64,000 bases of DNA from Sphyrna mokarran. Its lineage: Eukaryota. Each line of letters opens with the position of its first letter. The stretch's first letter is position 1. Under the pieces are notes generated by a model. It searched no databases and had not been told where the DNA came from. It saw nothing but the letters and a program-made list of their open reading frames with translations. The stretch is taken from positions 1,116,001 through 1,180,000 of the forward strand of contig JAGIQG010000043.1 of assembly GCA_024679065.1 (NCBI GenBank). The letters are read 5' to 3'. Positions 13,349 through 24,700 of the stretch are shown piece after piece. The translations under genes and the position numbers were made by a program.

Positions 13349-14195
13349 TGTGACGATGCCGTGCCTTAAACAAATATATTTTAATCATGTTGATCGGCAG
13401 GATGTCCCTAGCAGTCCCTAGCATCTTATGCAAACTTTTTTTTCTACAATGGTATCCTCCATTATTATTCAGACATCAAAATTGGTGCTATGTCTTTTTA
13501 AATCTAAACTAATGCAGCAATCTGTTTTATAGCGTGCATGCTTGGGCTTGCAGAGCAGACCTTGGTCGGTACGGCTAACAGATCAGGTCATATGACCATG
13601 AACAACGATTTGTACACAAAAAGATCCAATTTAATTGCTACTTAATTGTTTGGACTTGAGAAAGAAGTGTCAGTTTTGACCTTTCTCTGGTGTTGAGACA
13701 CAGAGAAAGAGAGGGAGAGAGTTATCCCCTTCACCCTCAGATCTGAAATCTCAAAGCTGATGAAACTAGATTTATTTAATTATTTTGCTGCCTTGTGCAT
13801 ATATACTTCTCTGAAAACTGTTGTTTGGATTTCTGTCGATTGGTATGAATGGCTGGAAATCTAGTACCGCGTGAGGAAACGTGTTTTGTGTTAACCAATT
13901 CTCAGGAAGGTTACATGGGAGGAATCTTTAAATTGGAGCAGCAGATATAGATAGATGTTAATATTATAAAGTATGATGTTTAAGTCTTATAATTGGTAAA
14001 AGTTAAGCGACTTGTGATTGTTATATTTTAACTTTATTTTCTTTAATAAATTTTGTCTGATAAAAGTTGGGTCAATTAAATCATACTGATAATGAAACAT
14101 ATTATGATCATGATAATGCCCAAAGCAATTATAATACCTTGGATTTAGACTAACTACACACAATTTTGAAGCTTCTGGCCTGGGTATTCACAACA
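13349..14195 (+). mobile_element. Putative solo LTR (847 bp)
   Basis: TGT...ACA ends, 4-bp TSD CTAC (13345-13348, 14196-14199), internal AATAAA at 14045. Confidence 0.65.
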
Positions 14196-14357
14196 CTACC
14201 AGAGGAAATAGTTACTATTGGTCAATCCCAATATATTATTCCGCTATTTAAGGAAAATCAGGTTGTCCCTTAATCTTCGAAACTCACGGGAATAAAAACA
14301 TATTCTCTGAACCTGAAATGCTCTTCTCCAATCTCTACGTTTTTTTCTTGCTTATTT

Positions 14358-15090
14358 CAAAGAACAAAACAGCACGGGAAACAGGCCCTTCGGCCCAACG
14401 AGCCCGCGTCGCCACCCCGATGTTCCCACCTCTACCCGTGAATGATGTCTATGTTTATAGATCTATGGATTCAAAACAAACTTGAGACAATTTAGGGAGA
14501 ATTTGTTTTGCCACTTAGCCTAAGAGCACATCTTTGGGATGTAGGAGGAAACCGTAGTGCCTGGAGGAAACCCACGCAAGCACGGGGAGAGTGTGCAATC
14601 TCCCACAGACACGGGCCCAAATCCATGTATCTGCACAGCACAGGGATAGTCACTAAGTGTCGTGTTGCCCATCATATGGTCCAGGTCAAACGTACAGTAA
14701 CGACGTGAAGCACTAGGATACTCCCGAAAATAAAATCCAAGAGCAGCCCTCTCACGACCCATCGCGTGCATGGCCCTTGTTAGACAACAAGGTGGACCTA
14801 AGCACCTGTAGGATAAAGACAAGTACATCAATATCATCATCTATTTAGAAATTTCCCGGGGACTCCCAAGGCTCATGATCTCTATTTTAAATCAGTTTTC
14901 TATACCTCTCCATTCCCATTCTTTTCATGTGCCCATCTAAGTATTTCTTAAATAACTCCAGAGTGCCTGCCTCCACCACATTACTTGGCAGCGCATTCAA
15001 TACCCCCACAACCCTCTGTGTGAAAAAAAAATCCCTCTCGCATCTAAATTATATCTTAGCCCCTTCGCCCTAAGCCCGTGACCCCTCGTG
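14358..15090 (-). mobile_element. 5'-truncated CR1 with V-SINE-containing 3' UTR
   Basis: Reverse complement of 8260-9000. Confidence 0.9.
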
Positions 15091-15344
15091 ATTTCACTTT
15101 GCACTGTTGAAAATATAGACAATTACATGATCAGCAGTCAGTGATTTGCTCCTGTTTGAACAATTTTCTGAATTCATCAGTTGCATCTTTTCATTTAACC
15201 CATTGTTCCTGTCCCCTGCAACATTCCCTCGGGTTGGAAAACCTCCAACGCGTTCTGCAGTGCAACTGAATCATCGATTCAAACTGAGACCAGATAAAAA
15301 GAAACACTTAGCGTTTGAAACACGTTAAATTGAGGCGCGCTAAT

Positions 15345-16135
15345 TATAGGACAGATGTCAGAGGTAGGTTCTTTATTCAGAGGGTAATAAGGGCGTGGCA
15401 TGCCTTGTTTGCATTCTTTAACTTTAAGGGCGTTCAAATGGTTAGTGGATAGACATACGGATAACATTAGAATAGTTTAGGTTGGAGGGTCATTAGATTG
15501 GTTCTACTGGTCGGCTCAACATCGAGGACTGAAGGGCCTGTACTGCCCTGTAATGTTCTATTCTATGTTCTAATGTCCGCTGGAGTGATACACTTAATCT
15601 TGTTCCTATTTGTTATTGAGAGATTTTGCATCTGGACACCGGGTTTGCAGACATTGACAACATCTTTCCACGATTCATAGAACATAGAACATGGAACACT
15701 ACAGCACAAACAGGTCCTTTGGCCCACAAGTTGTGCCGATCATATCAGTACCTACCAGGCCATAGAACTACCTGCAACTCCCAATCCCATTAAATCCCAT
15801 GTACTCATCCAGAAGTCTCTTAAAAGTCCCCAGCGAGTTGGCATCTACCACCACTGACGGCAGCCGATTCCATTTACTCACCACCCTCTGAGTGAAAAAA
15901 AAACTTACCTCTAACATTTCTCTGTACTTGCTCCCCAGCACCTTAAACCAGCGTCCTCTCGTAAGGACCATTTCAGCCCTGGGAAATAGCCTCCGAGAAT
16001 CCACGCTATCTATTCCTCTCAACATCTAATAAACCTCTATCAGAGTCACCTGTCAGTCTCTTCAGGGAGAAGAGGCCTACCCCCTCAACCTATCGTCATA
16101 AGGCGTGCCTCCCAATCCAGGCAACATCGTTCCCT
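15345..16135. mobile_element. Two CR1 3' fragments (15345-15572 +; 15697-16135 -)
   Basis: (TTCTATG)n tails and FFTQRVV-type peptides. Confidence 0.8.
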
Positions 16136-17835
16136 GATATATCTTACTCCCCAGGGGAAAATATTAATAATGCATAAATATTTTGTCAACAATATTGCCT
16201 CAATGCTTACTCTTGGATGATTCGGGCATTGAACATGATTTAAAGACATTCCACGCCTGTTTAGATATCTGTATGATTCCGGATGTCTGAAAAGGCGATT
16301 TAATGAACAACAACGCGCAAATGTTTGCTTGGGAGAGAACATGGACGGCTCCAATTCGCTGGTTATATGCATCAGAAGCAGCCTTCTGTCTTCCGGGGAA
16401 GACAAGGCTAAAAGTGGCGGAGGGGTAGTCAAGATAAAGTTATGAAATAAATCGCCATGGTAGACAGAGGCAAGTCGTGAGGAATGTCTTTGCTCATTGG
16501 AGAGGGAGAATGTGGAAGTAGTACCCACAGTCATCCGATCTACAGGCATACATTTCATTGTGAAACTGGATAAACTGAGGAAAGAGAAAGGAATTAAATA
16601 GTGTGCTGTTGATGGTTGTGGGATGTGTGTTTGGGGATGGCGGCAATTGTATTGATGTGGGAGGAAGTTCGTGTGAACTATGAGCACCAGCCCGCAGTGG
16701 ATGGCCCATTGTCCGCAAGTCAAAGGATGGAATTATGATACAAAGAGATAGGGAGAATTGCACTGGGCGAAACCGCCTTGAAAACATTTGCATCCTTTTG
16801 AATATTTCTTCATTCATTACTTCTTTGCAGAGAAACAGAATATGGTAAGGTGTTTGGGATGAATTCAATATAACATTTTGCTGTCCGCTGTGCCCATTCG
16901 AATTTCACAAACAGCCATGTTGCTGAATTCAGCCATATTATCTGCTCAACACGGTTTAGATCAGTCTTAAAGCGTGCTTAGCACGAGATAGAAGATGTTT
17001 TTCATTGCAGACTGAGCTGTGCGCGGCCTCTTCATCTATAAACAGGAAACTCTGAAAGACAATTCACCCTGCTCTGATATTTTTAGTGCGCTGTTTTCAC
17101 CGCAGCATGCTGTGCCTGCAAAACGTGCATGTTCACCATGTCTTCCGGTTACCTGTGTTACCGCAGCCCAGCAGCTTTCTATCACCCTGAACGTTGCAAC
17201 ATCTCTTTGTACGTTTGTGTCTTAATCAGTCCTCCATTAGAATAGCGCATTTGCAGCAGCAGAGCCACTGAGATACTAAGTCAAGTAGAAAATTTAGTCA
17301 ATACACACTTCTGATAGAAATAAAATTTCATGGTGAAAAAATGAATCATTTGCAGCTGATCAGAATCGTTCACGGGAAACAGTCACCAATCTATCCACTT
17401 GGACGTTCTGCCCCTCTGGGCTGAGAATGATTCCACTGCCACTAATATAAATAACCTTTGTCTTTCTTTTACTTCTTGGTTCTATTTACATTGAGGGCGG
17501 CAAAATGGAAGCATTTCTTCTCTTAACTGGCGGCCACGAGGAGAGAGGACGGTTGCACAGAGACTTACCAATATAAACCCTGAACAAGGAACTGTGGAGT
17601 GGCCTCACACCCGAGGTACATGGTCAATCAGACACATTCATTTGTGGGCAAAGAGTCAATGGTTACTTCAGGATGGAGACTTCCAAATATATCAGGGCAG
17701 ATGGAGAAATTTAAAATAAATTAGTTGGATTAACATCCAGTCTAATCCATGGCAACCGTGATTTATATAATCAATTAGTGATCTCTTTTCTGGTAGATAA
17801 GTGACCGTCTATATCTGGTCTAGCCTGAATATGTC

Positions 17836-18290
17836 ATAAGAACTTAATACATGAGAGCAGGAGTAGGCCATCTAGCCTTTCGATTCTGCCCTGCTATTCA
17901 GTAAGATCATGTCTGATCTGAAATGGATCAGTTCCACTTTCCCGCTTTCTCCCCATAACCCTAAATTCCCTTGCCTGTCAGAAATCTATCTATCCGTGAC
18001 TTTAATATTTTCGACGAGGTAGCCTCCATACTTCAATGGGTAAAATATTCCAGAGATTCACCACCCTTTGAGTGAAAAAGTTTTCCCTCAACTCCGTTCT
18101 AAACTGCCCCTCCCCCACCCTTATTTTGAAACTGTGCCCTCTAGTCCTGATTTCCTTTCGAAGCGAGAAGAATTTCTATATTTCTACCCTATCTAGCCCT
18201 TTCATTATCTGAGATGTGTCCATAAGATCCCACTCAGCCTACTAAAGGCTAACGAGTACAGACCAGTCTGTTCAATCTCTCTTTCTGGTA
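17836..18290 (-). mobile_element. Old CR1-like 3' fragment shared with arm B (~51290-51880)
   Basis: Degenerate ORF2 C-terminus; present in both arms. Confidence 0.7.
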
Positions 18291-19475
18291 GTGGCGCCTG
18301 AACGTTACCAGGAAATCATTGATTTCCAAAATGGGCAGAAAACAAAAAACTGCAATTGCAATCTAGGCCAAATCATGCCAAAATTAAACAAAACAAATAA
18401 GTAAACATTGTGAATTCTGACCAGCATAGCTGAGTCAGGAAAATAGTTCTCTCTTTCATTGGCGGCCGTACAATCAATTACAGAATGGTTGTGTGTAATC
18501 ACACCATCGAAGTGGAGGGACATATTCAGCGCCTCGATCCTGTCCCCTCTTTCATTCACATAGTGCCTGATCTAAGTTTTCACTTCGGCTACCCGGCTTG
18601 GTGCAGTAACTATCACTCAGACACCCCAAAAAAACAGTTTCCAAATTTTCAATTTCCAACAGCGTTCAACAGGAGGAGTTCCAGATATGTGAAAAAAGTG
18701 GGCTACCTTGCCTTCATTACTAAGGAATTTGTCCAAGCGACCTAAAGTCACCAAGAGGATAATATTGAGATATCACATCTGGGTGGGGATTGAGTTACTT
18801 TTCAGTCAATATTACCTTTTCCTGGTTTTTCAAAGCACAGGTGCCAAGCTTACAATATGGCATGGCTCACAACTGGTGCTACTTTGCTTCAATCCAAACG
18901 TGTTCAATCAACCTATGTCAGCATCATTTTAATATCGTTTTCATTCACAAATGGTCAACATAAATAATTCAAAACTGATATACAAACACTGAGCTCACCT
19001 AAACGGGGGAGTTATTGTACATTCTTGGACTGTTTCAGCTGAGGGCTGGATTGGCTAGGGCCATTTACTGTCGAGCAGAGAAAGTTGAGGGAGGGACTGA
19101 TTGATGTTTAAAAAAAATGAGCGGCATCGATAGGGTGGATAGGAAGGAACTTTTTTTTTACCAGAGCAGAGGGGTCAATACCCAGCCTGTGACATTGACT
19201 TAAGCTAAAGAACACGAGGTTTTCAGCAGATGTAATGAAAAAAAAAAGTTTCCACTCAGAGGATAATAGGAATGTGGAAGCCATTGCCTGAGACGGTGGT
19301 AAAGTTCAGAACTCTCACAACATTTAAGAAGCATTGAGATGAACTCTTTAAACACCCGATCATGCAAGAGGACTGAGTTTGTGGCATGTGAGTTTCTGGA
19401 TTAATAGTCTCACGAAAATAGCACTTTCTATAAGTGAGGACAGAGCTGGCGAGGAAATGAGTAGGATTGATAAGA

Positions 19476-21020
19476 GGGTTTGAAGTTGGATAAGTCCCCT
19501 GGGCCAGACGGTATTTACCCTAGGATTCTCTGGGAGGCAAGAGAGGAGATTGCAGAGCACCTGGCTCTGATCTTCAGGTCGTCGTTCGTTACGGGTGTGG
19601 TTCCGGAGGACTGGAAGATAGCGAATGTGGTCCCATTGTTCAAGAAGGGGAAGAGAGACCTTCCAGGGAATTATAGGCCAGTGAGTCTTACTTCTGTTGT
19701 GGGAAAAGTATTGGAGAGAATTATTAGGGATAGGATTTATAGTTATTTAGAGAGAAATGAATTGATTGGGGATATTCAGCATGGTTTTGTGAAGGGTAGG
19801 TCGTGCCTTACTAACCTTATTGAGTTTTTTGAAAAAGTGACGAAAGAGGTGGATGGGGGTAAGGCAGTTGATGTGGTATATATGGACTTTAGTAAGGCGT
19901 TCGATAAGGTGGCCCATGGAAGGATTCTGCAGAAAATGCAGATGTATGGGATTGAGGGTGATTTAGCTAATTGGATTAGGAATTGGCTAGCAGATAGAAG
20001 ACAGAGGGTGGTGGTTGATGGGAGATATTCATCGTGGAGTTCAGTGACAAGTGGGGTACCTCAGGGGTCTGTTTTGGGGCCCCTGCTGTTTGTAATTTTT
20101 ATAAATGATCTGGATGAGGGTATGAAGGATGGATTAGTAAATTTGCAGATGACACTAAAGTCGGTGGAGTGGTAGATAGTGAAGAGGGGTGTTATAGTTT
20201 GCAGAGGGACTTGGACAAGTTGCAGAGCTGGACCGAGAGGTGGCAAATGGAGTTTAATGTGGAAAAGTGTGAGGTAATGCACTATGGCAGGAATAATAAA
20301 TGTGTAGAGTATAAGGCTAATGGTAGGATTCTCAGTATTCTTGATGAACAGGGGGATCTTGGTGTGTATGTGCGTAGATCCATGAAAGTAGGCAGTCAAG
20401 TCGAGAAGGTTGTTAAGAAGGCATATGGAGTCTTAGCTTTTATTGGTAGGGGGATTGAATGTCGGAGCCGCAACGTCATGTTACAACTGTACAAAACTCT
20501 AGTGTGGCCGCACTTGGAGTATTGTGTGCTCTAAGAAAGATGTGGAGGCATTGGAGAGGGTACAGAGGAGGTTTACCAGGATGTTGCCTGGTATGGAGGG
20601 CAGGTCTTATGAAGAGAGGCTGAGGGATTTGAGGTTGTTTTCGTTAGAAAGGAGGAGGCTAAGAGGCGACCTAATCGAAACATATAAGATGATTAGAGGT
20701 TTAGATAGGGTGGACAGTGATAGCCTTTTTCCTAGGAATGGAGAAAGCTAGCACAAGGGGACACAGCTTTAAATTAAGGGGTGATAGTTATAGGACGGAT
20801 ATCAGAGGTAGGTTCTTTACCCAAAGGGTGGTTCAGGAGTGGAATGCCCTGCCTGCAGCAGTTGTAGATGCGCCAAGATTGGTGGCGTTTAAGAGGTTAG
20901 TTGATGAGTATATGGAAGAGAAGGGAATGGTTTAGTTTGGAGTGGCATTGCTTTTTATATTGGTCGGAGCAACATCGAAGGCCGAAGGGCCTGTTCTGTG
21001 CTGTAATGTTCTATGTTCTA
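19476..21020 (+). mobile_element. Young 5'-truncated CR1, arm A-specific
   Basis: RT ORFs 19480-20935; TSD TAAGA (19471-19475, 21021-21025); empty site near 50100. Confidence 0.93.
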
Positions 21021-21704
21021 TAAGATCCAAATGCTGCAGAGCACAAATCGAAATTCATTACTTCTTCCATAACATTGCATTTATCCTATTGCTTTGAAAT
21101 GTATGGTTTAAGTTAAATACAAACACGAATTCACATATTACAAAACTATGATGAAAACATTGAAAATTCCATGCACTGAAATCTGGGACCATCTCTCATT
21201 GAATTCCAATTCGACAAATCATCAAACCTGTCACACCTGAAGCCTTGACAAACATCTGAATTCCGCACTGATAGTGTCACTTCAACGGAAATTTCAGAAT
21301 CACAACGATTACATTTAGTTTTAAGTTTATTGTTAATCAAGGTCAAAACAAATTATCGTTCCAAAATCATTAATTGGTATTCACGTGTTGACATTTACAA
21401 AGAGAAGTGGTATATCTCATGTGAGTAATTTGAGCTATACGATCAGCAGAAAACCTCCAGAGAGACTCATGAAAGTCTCTGAGCATTCATCGAACTTTCG
21501 TCTGCAGCTGAAGAACAACATTCCAGTGAAATATTGTAAATTTAATTAGTAATGATTGATATTGAACGCTGGAGCCAATGTTTGGCGGATGCGTAGAAAA
21601 GTATAACTGCTTGAAGAGAATCTCATTGACTCCATGGGTACTTCCACGAGGCTGGGGGATTTTCAGGAAATTCTGCCCCCCTCCATAATTCATGGTTTGG
21701 ATTC

Positions 21705-24700
21705 TTACTTTCGACCCGCCTTCTTTTTTGACCTCTTTTCCAAGGCGGCCAAATCCAGGGAGGCGTAGGTAGGTCCACTCTGAAACATTCACAAATCATA
21801 CAATGATCAAAGGGAGCAATAGATTCCCTAAAGTTCAGTAGGAGGTCTCCGGCCATAAATATTTAGGATGACACCAAATCTCAAAAGTGTTACATAAAAT
21901 CATAGAATGCTACTGTTTAGATGGAAACTATTCGGCCCAATGAATCCATGTTGGATCTTTGAAAGAGCAATCCACTTTGTATTCATCCATGGGACGTGGG
22001 TATTGCTGACTTTGCGCAGTCTGCCGCCCACTAGATAAGAATGGGACATTTACTTTGCAATAGTGTCGCTCACGTGTTTTTTATTTCTAACAATGGTTTC
22101 TTGTTCATCAGTGGATACTTAATTGCAAATATTTTTCACTGAATATATGTTCCGCCTTCTGGTGTGGTTGGACTGGAACACAATCCTCAGAACATTAGCT
22201 GAGTTCATGGACTAATCTTCTAGCAATAAGTCTGCAAGGCGATAACATCCTATTTAGTTCAAACTTCACCTCAGCTTTCTTCATAATGCTCATCAATGTT
22301 CTTTCCAACAAGCAGTTATCCAATTTCCTTTCAAAGTGTTTATTTAACCCGCTTCCATTGTTCTCTATCCCAATTTCAAAATAAATGGCATAATGCATCT
22401 ATGGAAGAATGAATTAGCCAGTAACATCATCCATCGCGGGCGGCATGGTAACACTGCTGCTTCACAGCTCCAGGACACACAGACTCAGACACACTTACAC
22501 ATAGGACACAGATGCACCCAGAAACACACACGCACACACAGTACGGAAGTTTTCACTCATTCACCGACTCCCTCAAACACGTAGCCTCTATTTCTCTCTC
22601 TGAGTCTCCCCCTCACGAACACACACATTCATCTGTCCCGCTCGACACAGACACAATCTCTCACCGAGAAAGTTACAAAAGTTACACAGAAAGAGAATGT
22701 CACAACCTCACACACACACAAACTCTCAACATCACAGACACAGAGAGATGCAAACAATTTCTCAAACACACCAGCTCAAACCAACACGTATTTAGAATCC
22801 TGCGGTACAGCATGAGGTCATTCGGTCCATCCAGTTTGCACCACAATCACACCCAGGCCCTATCCCCATAGGCATTGGAAAGGATGCAGAGGAGGATGAC
22901 CCGGATTTTGCCTGATATGGAGGATAGATCTTATGAGGAAAGGCTAAGGGACTTGTAGTTATTTTCATTAGAGAGAAGGCAAAGATGTGACTTAATTGAG
23001 ACATATAAGATGATCAGAGGGTTACATAGGGTGGATAGTGAGAACCCTCTTCCTCGGATGGGGATGGATAACATGAGGCGACATAGCTTTAAACTAAGGG
23101 GAGGTAGTTATCGTACAGATGCTAGAGGTGGGTTCATATTCAAAGGGTAGTAAGGGCGTGGAATGCCCTGCCTGCAGCAGTTGTGGACTCGTCAAGTTTA
23201 AGGGCGTTCAAATGGTCAGTGGATAGTCATATGGATAGCCTTGGAATAGTTTAAGATTGAGGCTCAAAAACTGGTTCCATTAGTCGGCGCAACATCGGCG
23301 GCCGAAAGCCATGTACTGCGCTGTAATGTTCAATGTTCTATAATCCCATGCATTTACTCTCGCTAGTCCGCCTGACATTAAGGGCAATTCAGCATAGCCA
23401 ACCCACCTAATCCGAACATCTTTGGACAGTGAGAAGAAACTGGAGCACTCGGAGGAACCCCGTGCAGGCACAGGGAAAACGTGAAAACTCCACAGAGACA
23501 TTGACACAATCCAAAGATTGAACCCAAGTCCCTGACATTGTGAGACAGCATTGCTAACCATTATTGCACTGTAAAGATAATCCCAGCAATTAATACACTT
23601 CCAACTGTGCACAGATGGGAGGAAACCTGGAACTGATTAAGGGGGAATTAGATCCACCATGTAAAAAAAAACAGAAAGTGAAGAGAAGTAAGACATCTTG
23701 CAATCAGCAATGAAAACTGCCGGAAATCTGCAGAAACGTCTACCTGATATATTGTAAACGGAACATTAACTCACTCGCTGTACAATATTTTGGAACAGGC
23801 GCAGAGATATATGCTCTGATTCCGAAATGTGGACGAATGTATTTTGGTTCACAATTAGATGTTTCAGACAGTGAGCTGCTCGCTGATCGCCGCATGTACT
23901 ATCCCGGGTGGGACATCCTGCAACTTATCCCAAAATCCAATTTCCGAAGTGGTATTAAAATATTTGCAAAACTCTTACCTGAACTAGACATTCCTGTGTT
24001 CTCTGTCGATGTGTTTGGCGATGGTCATCTATATAACAAAGTGGAAGGTGTCAATTTAGGAAAGCAGTCAGGAATACAACGAACAAAGAGTAACACAGCT
24101 CAGGAAACAGGCCTTTCGGCCAAACAAGCCCGCGCCGCCATTTTAACATTCAGTGAGTGGCTCATTCCAATCCTTCTTCCACCTCTGACTTTTGTCTACG
24201 CCACATGGACTCTACAATAAAGGGGTGCAAATTTAGAGAATGTGTGTGCCAGATTAAGGGAGGTCTAATTTAGGGGCAATTTGTTAACACCAATCAGCCT
24301 AAAAGCACGTTTTTGGGGTACGGGAGGAAACCGGAGCAGCCGGAGAAAACCCACGCAAGGACGGGGAGAATGTGCAAACTGTCACAGACACCGGCCCAAG
24401 TCGGAGATCCGACCCAGGTCCATGTGTCTGCACAGCAAACAGTGATAGTCAATGAGCTGTCGTGTTGCACGTCAGTTGGATCAGTTTAAGCAAACAGTAA
24501 AGATGTGAAGCACTAGGCAACTCTGGATATGGATATGAGAAAGACCTGTCTGGTAAAATTAGGGAAAATTGCAGCATAATCGACATGTATATCCAACAGG
24601 AAATGAACAGGGTCCATCAGGAGTATTAACTCTGTTAATGTGTGGGGCGACAGGGATAGAACCTGGATGGGATTGGTCTCAATGCAGGTTCAATAAGCCG

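Noticed and set aside
16831-17325. Possible extra A1 3' exons (micro-exon near 16831, acceptor near 17011, AATAAA near 17319)
   Set aside because: Frame is not conserved between arms (1-nt indel), and a better terminal exon with a polyA signal lies upstream.
22470-22800. His/Thr-rich ORFs (also 48145-48546)
   Set aside because: Translation of degenerate (CA)n low-complexity sequence.
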